A stretch of 64,000 bases of DNA from Tetramitus jugosus (taxonomy: Eukaryota > Protista > Heterolobosea). The position numbers and the translations under genes are program-made. Shown piece after piece: positions 22,218-31,927 of this stretch (the stretch's first letter is position 1; each line of letters starts with the position of its first letter). The notes under the pieces are model-generated. The model was given only the letters and a program-made list of their open reading frames with translations. It made no database searches and was not told the DNA's origin. The stretch is taken from assembly GCA_937625935.1 (NCBI GenBank), contig OW569376.1, forward strand, positions 1 to 64,000, given 5' to 3'.

Positions 22218-23759
22218 ATGCAGAACAGCAGCCACAGCAGAAGCAACAAGAACAATACGAGCAACATGAACAACAGTAACAATAACCAAAGGATCTGTGA
22301 GAACACAATGTGCAGAACAACTAGAACTCCATTGTGGCGAAAGGGATGGATTGCTGAAAGAGGAAGAAAAGTTCGATTGTGCAACGCTTGTGGGCTCCAC
22401 TTTCGCAAAGGTCACTTTTGTCGTTATTGCAACCAAGTGTACAGAGATACTTGTGAGGCAGAGATGATACAGGAGGGATGGATCATGTGTAGGAGATGTG
22501 AGCGCTGGGTTCACAAAAAGTGTGCAAAGAACAATCACGAGAGCTTATCGACTGCTGGAGCTCCCAGTGATGAAGAGCAACAACAATCGCCATCAAGTAG
22601 TACTGAATTCTCTTCCTTTAGTAACACGAGTTATCAGTGTTCTGATTGTACAACATCTATTCGCACATCACGTGCACAGTCTGCTCCCCTTTCACTTCCT
22701 CATTCCTTGCCTCGTCAAATCACCTCGGATTCTGCTGCCACGGTCTCTCCGATTCCATTGGAACCTACAGCCCAACATCAGCCACACCACGATAACAGAA
22801 CAGCATTGCACGAACCTCACTCGATTGAATCTCGTACGACCCAATATGTTCATCAGGAGATGAGTTCTCTGAGAGATGCACAATCATATCATCACTCAGC
22901 GCAGCAGCAGTTGCAGCAGAGAGAAGTCTCTCATTGGGGATCAACTTCAACCAATAGTTTTATTCCTTCTGCCAATAATAGTAACAGTAGCAGTGGCTTT
23001 AAAGATTTGGATTCTTTCAGCAATCATAATAACGTTTCTCCATACAAGGATAATCACACTCAACACAATAGATTCTATCCGACGACTCAATCCCTGCATG
23101 GACCTTCGACGTCGTCGCACTCACCATCCATTTCTCATTCTCCTAGACAATATAATAACTATGGGTCTCATCCTTATTCATCCTATCAGCACCAGGATGG
23201 ATTAAGTCATAATGGAGGTGGAGGTGAACGTCAATCTTCTCCACGGGGACAACACAATAATAATTTTCATCCCTACCTTCACTCTCAGCAACACCGCCAA
23301 CAACAAGCTCACGTGTATCCAACCCCTGGAGGATACAACCAGGAGATAGCAACAAGCACAAACAGAAAAAAGTCTCCTCCAGGAATGGTGCACCAAACAT
23401 CTCTATTGGGCAAGAGAAGCAATCATTTTGGTCCAGACATCCACCAGTCTTATTCACCAGAGTCAAGAGCTTATCACCAGCACAGCAACAGTATGAATAG
23501 TTATCGAACAGAGACTGAAGATTTCTCTCCTAGCTCTCCCCTCAAGAAATTGAAACTAAACGAAGGATTTAATGTTTCAGCAACTCCCTCAGAACGTCAA
23601 CTTCATCCACAAGTGAACGAAGCTCAAGTGCCACCATTTGGTTTCATTGCCCAACATCAACGAATCCAACAACAAACGATGCAACCTCTCGAGCACCGAC
23701 CAATCTTACCACCAATATCAGAGTTGTTTACAGAACCCCTCAAACGTCACTCTCTGTGA
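22218..23759 (+). CDS. GATA zinc-finger transcription factor with adjacent PHD-like finger
   Basis: CENTMC...TPLWRKGW...LCNACG; then FCRYC...WIMCRRCERWVHKKC...CSDC; long low-complexity tail ending LPPISEL; first ATG at 22218. Confidence 0.88.
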   Translation: MQNSSHSRSNKNNTSNMNNSNNNQRICENTMCRTTRTPLWRKGWIAERGRKVRLCNACGLHFRKGHFCRYCNQVYRDTCEAEMIQEGWIMCRRCERWVHKKCAKNNHESLSTAGAPSDEEQQQSPSSSTEFSSFSNTSYQCSDCTTSIRTSRAQSAPLSLPHSLPRQITSDSAATVSPIPLEPTAQHQPHHDNRTALHEPHSIESRTTQYVHQEMSSLRDAQSYHHSAQQQLQQREVSHWGSTSTNSFIPSANNSNSSSGFKDLDSFSNHNNVSPYKDNHTQHNRFYPTTQSLHGPSTSSHSPSISHSPRQYNNYGSHPYSSYQHQDGLSHNGGGGERQSSPRGQHNNNFHPYLHSQQHRQQQAHVYPTPGGYNQEIATSTNRKKSPPGMVHQTSLLGKRSNHFGPDIHQSYSPESRAYHQHSNSMNSYRTETEDFSPSSPLKKLKLNEGFNVSATPSERQLHPQVNEAQVPPFGFIAQHQRIQQQTMQPLEHRPILPPISELFTEPLKRHSL

Positions 23760-23792
23760 CGAATAAAGAAAATTAGCAAATTTATTCATTCA

Positions 23793-25040
23793 ATGTTCCT
23801 CAACAAAAGGGAACACAACAAAAAAAAGACGAAAAGAGAGAATGCTTTTGCCGAAGCCAATCAACAAGATAGTGAGCTTGCGCCGATCACAAAAGTGACC
23901 ATTCGCCCCATTCTCCTAAAAAAGAAACCTCACTATCAGATTACAAAGATTGTAAACAGACAAGCGTTTGATGAGAATGTACTGCCGAATCCAGATTTGG
24001 AGCAAAAGATTTTAGAGCTCGTTACCAAGTTTCAACAATCTGTCATTCACACAACAACTGCCGATGTGCATGTCAATGTAAAGAATGATAAGATTGTGTC
24101 TGTCAGTGCCAAGAAACCCACAAAGGCCACAACATCCGATAAGAAGGATGAATCGAATGCTTCAGTAGTGTCTGGGGGATTGTCTCACAACCGTGTGAAG
24201 AGCTATATTCTGGAAGAAGGCACAATTGTTCCATTCTTGGTCCATCTTGGAGTCATGAATGAACAGGGAAAGGTATTGGCGAAGAAGTATGACAAGTTTA
24301 GACAAATTAACAAGTTTTTAGAGTTGGTTCAAGACGTAATTCCTGCACTGCCTCAAGTTGGTAACCGTCTGAAGATTGTTGATTTCGGGTGTGGTAAATC
24401 GTACTTGACGTTTGCACTGTATCACTACATTACAAGCGTTTTGAACAGGGAAGTAGAGATCGTCGGCTTAGATCTAAAGGAACAGGTGATTAGTGATTGT
24501 AACGCACTGGCAAAGAAACTAGAGTATCCACATTTGCATTTTCATCGGGGTGATATCAAGGATTTCTGGATGGATGGACATGTTGATATGGTTATCACTC
24601 TGCATGCGTGCAATACTGCCACTGACCAAGCTCTATGCAAGGCTGTAACCTGGAACTGTGCTACTATCTTATCTGTTCCTTGTTGTCATCAAGAACTGTT
24701 TCCTCAGATCGAAAGTGAGCCTCTCACAGCTCTATTGCGCCATGGTATCTTGAAGGAGAGATTCTCTTCGTTGGTGACAGATGCCCTTCGTGCTCAATTA
24801 CTGGAGATTCTAGGCTATAAGACTCAAATCATGGAGTTCATAGATATGGAGCACACGCCCAAGAACTTGCTGATCCGAGCTGAGAAGCGAAAGCACCAGA
24901 TGTCACCCCAAGACATCCAAAAGAAAGTAGACGAGTACTTGGCACTCAAAAATTCCTTAGCTGCTGATCCATGCCTCGAAAGATTGCTTCAATCACACCT
25001 AGAGCCAATACTTGCATCGCGGGATCTGAATCTCGCGTGA
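23793..25040 (+). CDS. SAM-dependent methyltransferase (Methyltransf_32-like), bacterial type
   Basis: KFRQINKFLE, IVDFGCGKSYLTF, LHACNTATD, SVPCCH, EFIDMEHTPKNLLIRA. Confidence 0.9.
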   Translation: MFLNKREHNKKKTKRENAFAEANQQDSELAPITKVTIRPILLKKKPHYQITKIVNRQAFDENVLPNPDLEQKILELVTKFQQSVIHTTTADVHVNVKNDKIVSVSAKKPTKATTSDKKDESNASVVSGGLSHNRVKSYILEEGTIVPFLVHLGVMNEQGKVLAKKYDKFRQINKFLELVQDVIPALPQVGNRLKIVDFGCGKSYLTFALYHYITSVLNREVEIVGLDLKEQVISDCNALAKKLEYPHLHFHRGDIKDFWMDGHVDMVITLHACNTATDQALCKAVTWNCATILSVPCCHQELFPQIESEPLTALLRHGILKERFSSLVTDALRAQLLEILGYKTQIMEFIDMEHTPKNLLIRAEKRKHQMSPQDIQKKVDEYLALKNSLAADPCLERLLQSHLEPILASRDLNLA

Positions 25041-25129
25041 GCTGAATAAAAGCAAGAATTGGACTCGTTCAGATCGTTCACACAAGAAAGCAAAAAAAAA
25101 ACAACACAGATAACACCAAAGTTTAGAGG

Positions 25130-26074
25130 ATGTCATTGTTGAATATCATCAAGGTTGGTGGCTCATCTCTGACCATTAAGGAATCCAAGCACACGTACAA
25201 TGAGGATTGTATCGATTGGACAAGCAACGTCTTCTCCCAACTGATGCTCCAAAACAATGCTGATCACAAAGTGTTGACTGTGTTGGTTCATGGAGCAGGA
25301 TCGTTTGGTCATTTTGAAGCCAAGGAGCATCAATTGACAAATCCGAATCGACCAGGAGGATTTCCATTGATTGGAATCTGTGACACGAGGAATGCTGTTC
25401 TCACTCTGAACCAGAACTTGGTGAACAAGTTGCGCCAGAAGGGGGTGCCAGCAGTGGGTGTCTCTCCTTTTCATTACTTTCGTTCGCTGACACTCAATGA
25501 GTCTGATTGTGAGACACTGGCAAAGTACATTGTCTATCTGCTTGGATTGGGATTTCTGCCAGTGTTGCACGGAGATGTAATCGTGGATTCGAACTCGGTT
25601 ACAGTGCTTTCTGGAGATACAATCGTGGAATTATTGGCAAAGTACTTACCTGCTGTGAGACAATCTCCGTTTGAGTCTTTGATATGTACCTTTGTGTCTG
25701 ATGTGTCTGGAGTGTATCTGAAGTGTCCAACACCATTGGACGAGGAGTTGGGTTCAGGTTTGATCAGTAAGGTGTTCGTTTGTCCGAATGAACGCAAAGT
25801 CACTCGCCTAGTCATGAAAGACAAGCAAAGCAATACACTGGAATCGACTCGAATTGAGACAGAGAACAAGCATGTGCATGACGTGACCGGTGGATTTGAA
25901 ACCAAGCTCCACAGTGCGATGCAGGTTCTGTACAATCACCATGAGTGTACAGGAGGTAATCAAGACGCGGAGGTCAGGTTTGTCAAAGCAGGAACAATTG
26001 ATGCCCAACTTGCCATTGTATCACCATGGACTGCCACTCTCACCCACAGCACTTGCATGCAATATCAAAAATAG
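25130..26074 (+). CDS. Isopentenyl phosphate kinase (amino-acid kinase family)
   Basis: [16 protein letters not shown] (IPK signature His), PVLHGD, LSGD, DVSGVY, DVTGG. Confidence 0.85.
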   Translation: MSLLNIIKVGGSSLTIKESKHTYNEDCIDWTSNVFSQLMLQNNADHKVLTVLVHGAGSFGHFEAKEHQLTNPNRPGGFPLIGICDTRNAVLTLNQNLVNKLRQKGVPAVGVSPFHYFRSLTLNESDCETLAKYIVYLLGLGFLPVLHGDVIVDSNSVTVLSGDTIVELLAKYLPAVRQSPFESLICTFVSDVSGVYLKCPTPLDEELGSGLISKVFVCPNERKVTRLVMKDKQSNTLESTRIETENKHVHDVTGGFETKLHSAMQVLYNHHECTGGNQDAEVRFVKAGTIDAQLAIVSPWTATLTHSTCMQYQK

Positions 26075-26141
26075 ATCTGGAGCTCTCACAGCTGAAACTC
26101 ATCGGAGAAAAGAGCGAATAAATAAAAGAGAAAAAAACGAA

Positions 26142-27494
26142 ATGAAATCAGCTGATTGTGCATGGATCTCGCATGACGTGAGAAATCGAAAGATCATATC
26201 CACCCAGTGGTGGAGAATCACACTTGCTGTTATGATCCTTTTCTTGCTTCTTTGTGTTACTCCGATTCGCGCCCAAAAACAAAAGAGCTTTTTCGCGCCC
26301 ACTACGTTTACAGCGGCAACGGAAATGGCGACCAATTTTTTCTTTGGTGAAGGTGCTGACAGCAGCAAGAGACATGCTCCATTGAGACCAACAGCTAACC
26401 TGAACAATCCCAGTTCAGCAACAGCTGTGCATCACCATCATGCTCATTCCAACAATTGGGCAGTCCTCGTGTGCACGAGTCGTTTCTGGTTCAATTATCG
26501 TCACATTGCCAACACCCTGAGCTTTTATCATATTGTGAAGGGACTGGGCCTTCCTGACTCCAACATTTTGCTCATGTTGGCAGACGATGTAGCTTGCAAT
26601 GCCAGAAACAGTTTCCCAGCCCAAGTGTTCAACAATCAGAACCAACAGTTGAACATTTATGGGGAGAATGTGGAAGTGGACTATCGTGGCTATGAAGTCA
26701 CTGTAGAAAACTTTATTCGTGTCTTGTTGAACCGACATGATGATCATGTGCCCAGAAACAAGAGACTCAATTCAGATGAACACTCCAATGTGCTCATCTA
26801 CATGGCTGGGCACGGTGGAGATGAATTTTTAAAGTTTCAAGACGCAGAGGAAATCAATTCCAATGACATTGCAGATGCAGTGGAGCAAATGTCACTCAAG
26901 AAACGGTACAATGAGATGTTGATCATGGTGGATACGTGTCAGGCAGGCACACTGTTCAATCATTTGTACTCTCCCAATGTGTTGGCTGTTGGCAGTAGTG
27001 CACAAGCTGAAAATTCATATTCGCATCACTCGGACTATGAGATTGGTGTCGCTGTGATTGATCGATTCACGTACTACACACTAGAGTTTTTTGAGAGAAA
27101 TGATGTCAAGAGAAAGAAGCCGTCATTGCACCAGCTCTTCTCCTACTATAATCCACAATTGTTGAGGTCGACACCAGTGTATAGAACAGATTTGTTTGCA
27201 AGACCCTTGTCCAGTGTGCCTATTACTGACTTTTTCGGATCTGATATCCCTATTCGTTTCTTGTCGCACCGGTACCCTCTATCGACCTCTATTGAACAAT
27301 CAAGTGATACCCAACTGAACAGCAATCATACAGAGAGCAATGAGAAGAAGAAAACAAGGAGTGAATCGAGTGAGAAACTAGATTCTGTCGTGGCACGTCC
27401 GGACTCAACACAGTATCCCTTGCAATTTAATTCCATGTTCTATGGTGCTTGTGGCCTCGGTGGATTAATTGCTCTTCTGGGATTGGTGTTGTAA
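26142..27494 (+). CDS. GPI8: GPI-anchor transamidase catalytic subunit (peptidase C13)
   Basis: [22 protein letters not shown] (catalytic His), DTCQA (catalytic Cys), N-terminal signal and C-terminal TM; first ATG at 26142. Confidence 0.95.
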   Translation: MKSADCAWISHDVRNRKIISTQWWRITLAVMILFLLLCVTPIRAQKQKSFFAPTTFTAATEMATNFFFGEGADSSKRHAPLRPTANLNNPSSATAVHHHHAHSNNWAVLVCTSRFWFNYRHIANTLSFYHIVKGLGLPDSNILLMLADDVACNARNSFPAQVFNNQNQQLNIYGENVEVDYRGYEVTVENFIRVLLNRHDDHVPRNKRLNSDEHSNVLIYMAGHGGDEFLKFQDAEEINSNDIADAVEQMSLKKRYNEMLIMVDTCQAGTLFNHLYSPNVLAVGSSAQAENSYSHHSDYEIGVAVIDRFTYYTLEFFERNDVKRKKPSLHQLFSYYNPQLLRSTPVYRTDLFARPLSSVPITDFFGSDIPIRFLSHRYPLSTSIEQSSDTQLNSNHTESNEKKKTRSESSEKLDSVVARPDSTQYPLQFNSMFYGACGLGGLIALLGLVL

Positions 27495-27592
27495 AATAAT
27501 AAATTATTTGTTTTGAAAAGAGTAATCTTGTAGGCATATAATCTAATTCACAGAACTCATAGATACTCTCCAGTGCCAAGGAAGGCAGTAAT

Positions 27593-29332
27593 TTATCCGG
27601 TCAAGTGTAAAACAGCTCCAGGCGCTTTTGCTCGAACAAAACAATCGCAAGTCCTATAATCAGCAGGCCCAGGTGTAAAATCTCTCGATTGAGCTGCTCT
27701 TGACTGCTTACCAAACGATACAGGGCCTGAAGAATCTGGTGGTAGGCGAGGAGTGTAAGCATTCGGTGGAGGTGTGAATGACGTCTTGTATCGAAAACGT
27801 TGATCCTTTCCGATGGAGATTCCTCCTTGTTTGTTTGCCTTATCCGCATTATAGTGTGCAGGTCCTGGAGTACTCGACTGCTTCGATAGGTCTCTTTTGG
27901 CTGTACCGAAACCAACAGCATGAGATGTTTCTACTGCTTTCTTGAATGACTCTGATACGTTGTACTTTGGACCAGGACTCTTAGCTTGGGTACTCTGATT
28001 ATTGTTCGCTTTCGAAAAACTGTAGCCAGGGGCTCTTTGTCTGATCACCGAGTCGTTAGGATTGTACACTGGACCAGGTCCTTCTGTTTTTGGTTTGAGG
28101 TTCCTGGTTGATGAAGATCCGAACGAGAAGGCCGGAGTTCCTTCCTTAATCATGTCGATCCTTGGTGTGTAATAGGCAGATGATGGTGTATTGTTTCTTG
28201 GAGTATCTCCTCTCTTCTCCGTGCCAAACGCTACGCCACCACACTGTTCTTTTACAGTGTCGTAGTTTGGTCTGTACGAACCAGGTCCTGGGCTGACAGG
28301 TCGGACACCAAAGTCCGCTACTTTCTTTGACTTTCCAAAAGAAAATGCGGGTGTTTCTTTGTCGATTCTGGCTGAATATGTGCCCGGTCCTGGAACAGAA
28401 TTGATATTATATACAAGCTTCTTCTCATTTCCAAAAGCAACCACAGGAGCCCGAGCAGAGGTAGGGACTTCACCGTTATATTGACCAGGTCCAGGCGTAG
28501 CGTTTCTGAACTGTGAACTCCTTACTTCCTTCGGAAAAGATACGCCTTTGGAATTGGGTTCGATTTGCGAATACAATGGTTTGTAGCTAGGGCCAGGAGA
28601 TACATGTCGATTCGATTTTTCAAATCTGTCTGCTTTTCCAAAAGAATTTCTCCAACCAATTGGGTTATGGATATCATTCTTGATCTTTGGATCGTAAGAT
28701 GGTCCAGGGGTTTGATGTGGAGTCGTCGGTGGAGAAGAAAATCTTCGAGCAGTACTCCTCGCACTGGAAGGTGACTTTGAAAGCACAAATGAATAGTTTG
28801 GTGTATAATTACCAGGTCCGGGAGTGTTCGGACCCATCGGAATCCTGTGACTGTCATGGCTCCTGGAGTGCAAGTGTTAGTATGAAGTGATTAAACAACC
28901 TCCTTGTCCATTGTGTTTCTTCTTCTGTACATACTTTACTGCTTGAGGTACCCATCCATGAGGATGCATCGCACAATCACACGTTGATCGATGTGTTAGA
29001 TACGAGTGTGCGTCATCCACATTGTAGCTTCTTGCAGTTCTTCTGCCTGGACTCGGTGTGCGCCGAACTCTCGCAGTAGAAGGTCTCCGATCACTGAGAT
29101 CCATATATTTATTGGAACGGTTTTGAGGCCGAGCAGAACTAGGTCGAATATTGGAACGTGTTTGGTTCCTGTTGTTCTCATAGCTTCTCACCTGTTGCAT
29201 ATCTAAACGACCTACGAGATTCTTGTGTGACTTTGAGGCTGCGGTACCCCCATTGGGGCCCGAGTAGAATAAACCAACATATTCACTGGCCTCGTCATTC
29301 ACAGTGATATTATCTCGAACTGGCGGTTGCAT
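27593..29332 (-). CDS. SHIPPO / PGP-repeat (ODF3/STPG-like) flagellar microtubule-associated protein
   Basis: About a dozen (T/S)PGPGxY...FSFG repeats; two track ORFs joined in frame by intron 28863-28934 (GTATGT...CTAAC...CAG). Confidence 0.88.
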
Positions 29333-29572
29333 TTCTCTTTTTTTCAGAATGGTTGTTGACAGCCGTAAGTAACGGTTCCCGGTTTTTATCATTCAAGGCG
29401 GGAAGTTGCTGGATGGACTATGATGAACACTTGAGACATGGTGGGCAAAGAACGTTTCAGTACTACTTTATTGAAATCTCTTTCTAGATGGACTGAATCT
29501 TCTTCTGACGTCTTTCACTGAGTAGGAGAGCGTATTCCTCTTTGCTAGTGCATGGAGGGAGCATGGCCACTT

Positions 29573-29962
29573 TCATTTCTTGTTTAAGGGATATTTCCTT
29601 GGCTTGTCAGACATCAAATATCTGATTTTGTCATTGCCCTTGATTGGATAGTCAGGTGCTCTAATGTCACTCAACAAACCATAGAGACGATAAGCTTTGT
29701 CTCCCATGCACTCTGGAGTGAGGGCCATACATCGGATCTGGGTTGGGAATTTGATCATGACTTCACTCAAAGCATTGTGCTTTGCCATGAACAAGTCATA
29801 AGCTTCTCGACCCATGCAACCTGGGGTAATGGCCTTACATCTGAAGGTGAGCTTTGGAGGCATATCACTCATGACTGCATTGATCATGCGACGTGGAGGC
29901 AGTCTAGCATAGGAGAAAGCAACAAGGAGCAACAGAACAGCAAGAACCAAAGTAAATCTCAT
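29573..29962 (-). CDS. Small secreted protein (129 aa) with two CxAxTPxCMG repeats
   Basis: Signal peptide MRFTLVLAVLLLLVAFSYA; repeats FRCKAITPGCMGREAYDL and IRCMALTPECMGDKAYRL; TATA-like element near 30041-30050 and AATAAA near 29470 on the - strand. Confidence 0.8.
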   Translation of the reverse strand: MRFTLVLAVLLLLVAFSYARLPPRRMINAVMSDMPPKLTFRCKAITPGCMGREAYDLFMAKHNALSEVMIKFPTQIRCMALTPECMGDKAYRLYGLLSDIRAPDYPIKGNDKIRYLMSDKPRKYPLNKK

Positions 29963-30207
29963 TGTTTGGAGAAGATGGAGGTATGATATGTTTTTGTGGG
30001 ATGATGATGAGCAGCAGAAGCAGCGATATTGCACAAACCCTTATTATAAACAGCAAGATGTCACTTTGTAAAGCAACCAATCACTTTAGCATACCGTTTT
30101 CGAATGTTCACGCTCTTCTCCGATGATGGTTTGTCCGCTTTATTTTCTCCGAACAGGAGAATTCCGCTATTCCACATTCTCAACCAAAACAAAACAAAAA
30201 CACCAAC

Positions 30208-31710
30208 ATGTACACTCATTCCAATGAAGATGAAGCTTCGACACCCATTGTGACATACCACCACAGTAAATACACCACCATCAACGACCACCACCACCAC
30301 CACCTATTATCAGACAATGAAGAAGGAAGCTTTCGTTTTTTTGTTCCCTCTGGAGATGAAAATGACAACAACGGCAATAACAGCAAGAGTCGTTTGACGC
30401 GTAATTGTTGTTGTTGTTGTCCATGTTCATCCACCAATCAGTGGTGCTATCACTTGATGATTACATTGGTCATTGGATCCGTGTTGATTCTGTTTACAAC
30501 GATTGTCGCCTATGCCAGTGTGCATTTTTTGCATGCCAATTTACAGTGCTCTCACGTAGAGTTGGCCAATTCGGATTCCGAAACGATTCATTTTGCACAA
30601 TTTGCGTCCCGAGTCAAAAAATTAACGATACAGTCGAATGGTATTACGAAAACGTTTATGAAACGGTCGTCTTCAACAAATTCTTTATCCAAGAGAAATG
30701 GTAATAATAATAATATGAATGTTAAATCTATTGATGATGACGAAGATGATGATGAGCGCTTGTTGATTACTGTGAGCAGATATTCTCAGTCGAGTGATGG
30801 ATACAAACGGTTGAACACGTCGTTGATATTTAATGAAGAAACGGGACACTTGATTCTTGATTCACACGTGCCCAATGATTTATTGAAGAATGATTGTGTG
30901 TATGTGGAGAGAACAGTGTCGATACCAATGAATTTTCTATCGTCGTCATCGTCTTCGAATAATAATAATGGCGATGGCAGTGGTCCAAGGTTGGACATTG
31001 AGTTCCCTCCTGGGATTGGCGATGTAGAGTTTGTGAGATTGGAGGATGACGATGACAACAAGAAGAAGAAGGAGAGTGATGGAGCAGAGGATGATGACTA
31101 TACATTTTCGTTCAAGTCACTCACAATTGAACGACACAGTGGAGACATTATTATGGACTCTGTATATTGCTCTGATATTGTCAATGTATCGACTCATCAT
31201 GGCGATATTCACATGTACTCTGTTGCGGCACAAAAGAGAGGAATTGTGATGAATGTTGTTAGTATAGGAGATGTGCTGTATGAGGATTTGTTTGCACCAG
31301 TTGTGAATGCCTCTGTTCAAACAGGTGATATTAAGGGACAATTTATCTATGGGCTGCCCACTCTTCAGCAAGTGAACTTTTTGACGTCTACTGGCTCTCA
31401 ATCGCACTCGCGAATCGTCAACGTGAACTCAACACAGTCGTACGTCACGAACAATGGAAATATTAAAATGGTGATGAAGCCGTACGAGTTTGAAGGCAAC
31501 TTTGATATCACCTCGGGCAAGAGAGGATCCGTGGTAGTCAACCATTTCAACAAGGATCAGATCACCTACACGGTGAATAGCAAGAGTAGCAAGCAAGGAA
31601 CCATTCAATTCGGAACGAGTGCTCACCAACAGAACACCTCTCCAAAATTCTCATCATTGCAAATCGCTGTTCTCAAGACAGGAAATGTGAACGTCATGCT
31701 CGATGTGTAA
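30208..31710 (+). CDS. Single-pass membrane protein with DUF4097/adhesin-like beta-repeat ectodomain
   Basis: Cys cluster before one TM; repeated S/T-x-x-G-D-I strands (HSGDI, HHGDI, SIGDV, QTGDI, NNGNI). Confidence 0.7.
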   Translation: MYTHSNEDEASTPIVTYHHSKYTTINDHHHHHLLSDNEEGSFRFFVPSGDENDNNGNNSKSRLTRNCCCCCPCSSTNQWCYHLMITLVIGSVLILFTTIVAYASVHFLHANLQCSHVELANSDSETIHFAQFASRVKKLTIQSNGITKTFMKRSSSTNSLSKRNGNNNNMNVKSIDDDEDDDERLLITVSRYSQSSDGYKRLNTSLIFNEETGHLILDSHVPNDLLKNDCVYVERTVSIPMNFLSSSSSSNNNNGDGSGPRLDIEFPPGIGDVEFVRLEDDDDNKKKKESDGAEDDDYTFSFKSLTIERHSGDIIMDSVYCSDIVNVSTHHGDIHMYSVAAQKRGIVMNVVSIGDVLYEDLFAPVVNASVQTGDIKGQFIYGLPTLQQVNFLTSTGSQSHSRIVNVNSTQSYVTNNGNIKMVMKPYEFEGNFDITSGKRGSVVVNHFNKDQITYTVNSKSSKQGTIQFGTSAHQQNTSPKFSSLQIAVLKTGNVNVMLDV

Positions 31711-31927
31711 ATCGCTCGTTGAGACATTCTGTGTTTTGCGCACTTACGTCCATAACAGGAAATTGTAACGCCTTTTGTGGCCAACCGGTCCGCTTTACAA
31801 TAACGTTCGCAATTTTCAGAGCCAAAAATTTTCAGTTGTGAAAACAAGATCTTTTTTCAAATTATTATCAGTTATCCAACTACTAAAGTACATATAGTTA
31901 ACGTGAAAAACACGACAAAGGGGTATC

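Noticed and set aside
27593-28873. Periodic repeats as a CRISPR-like or DNA repeat array
   Set aside because: The periodicity is at the protein level (PGP repeats) with synonymous divergence; no CRISPR array, cas, TnpB or Fanzor gene is recognisable in the window.
29415-29515. Box C (ATGATGA) / box D (CTGA) snoRNA candidate
   Set aside because: Only a 3-bp stem, no identifiable guide, and it overlaps the poly(A) signal region of the - strand gene.
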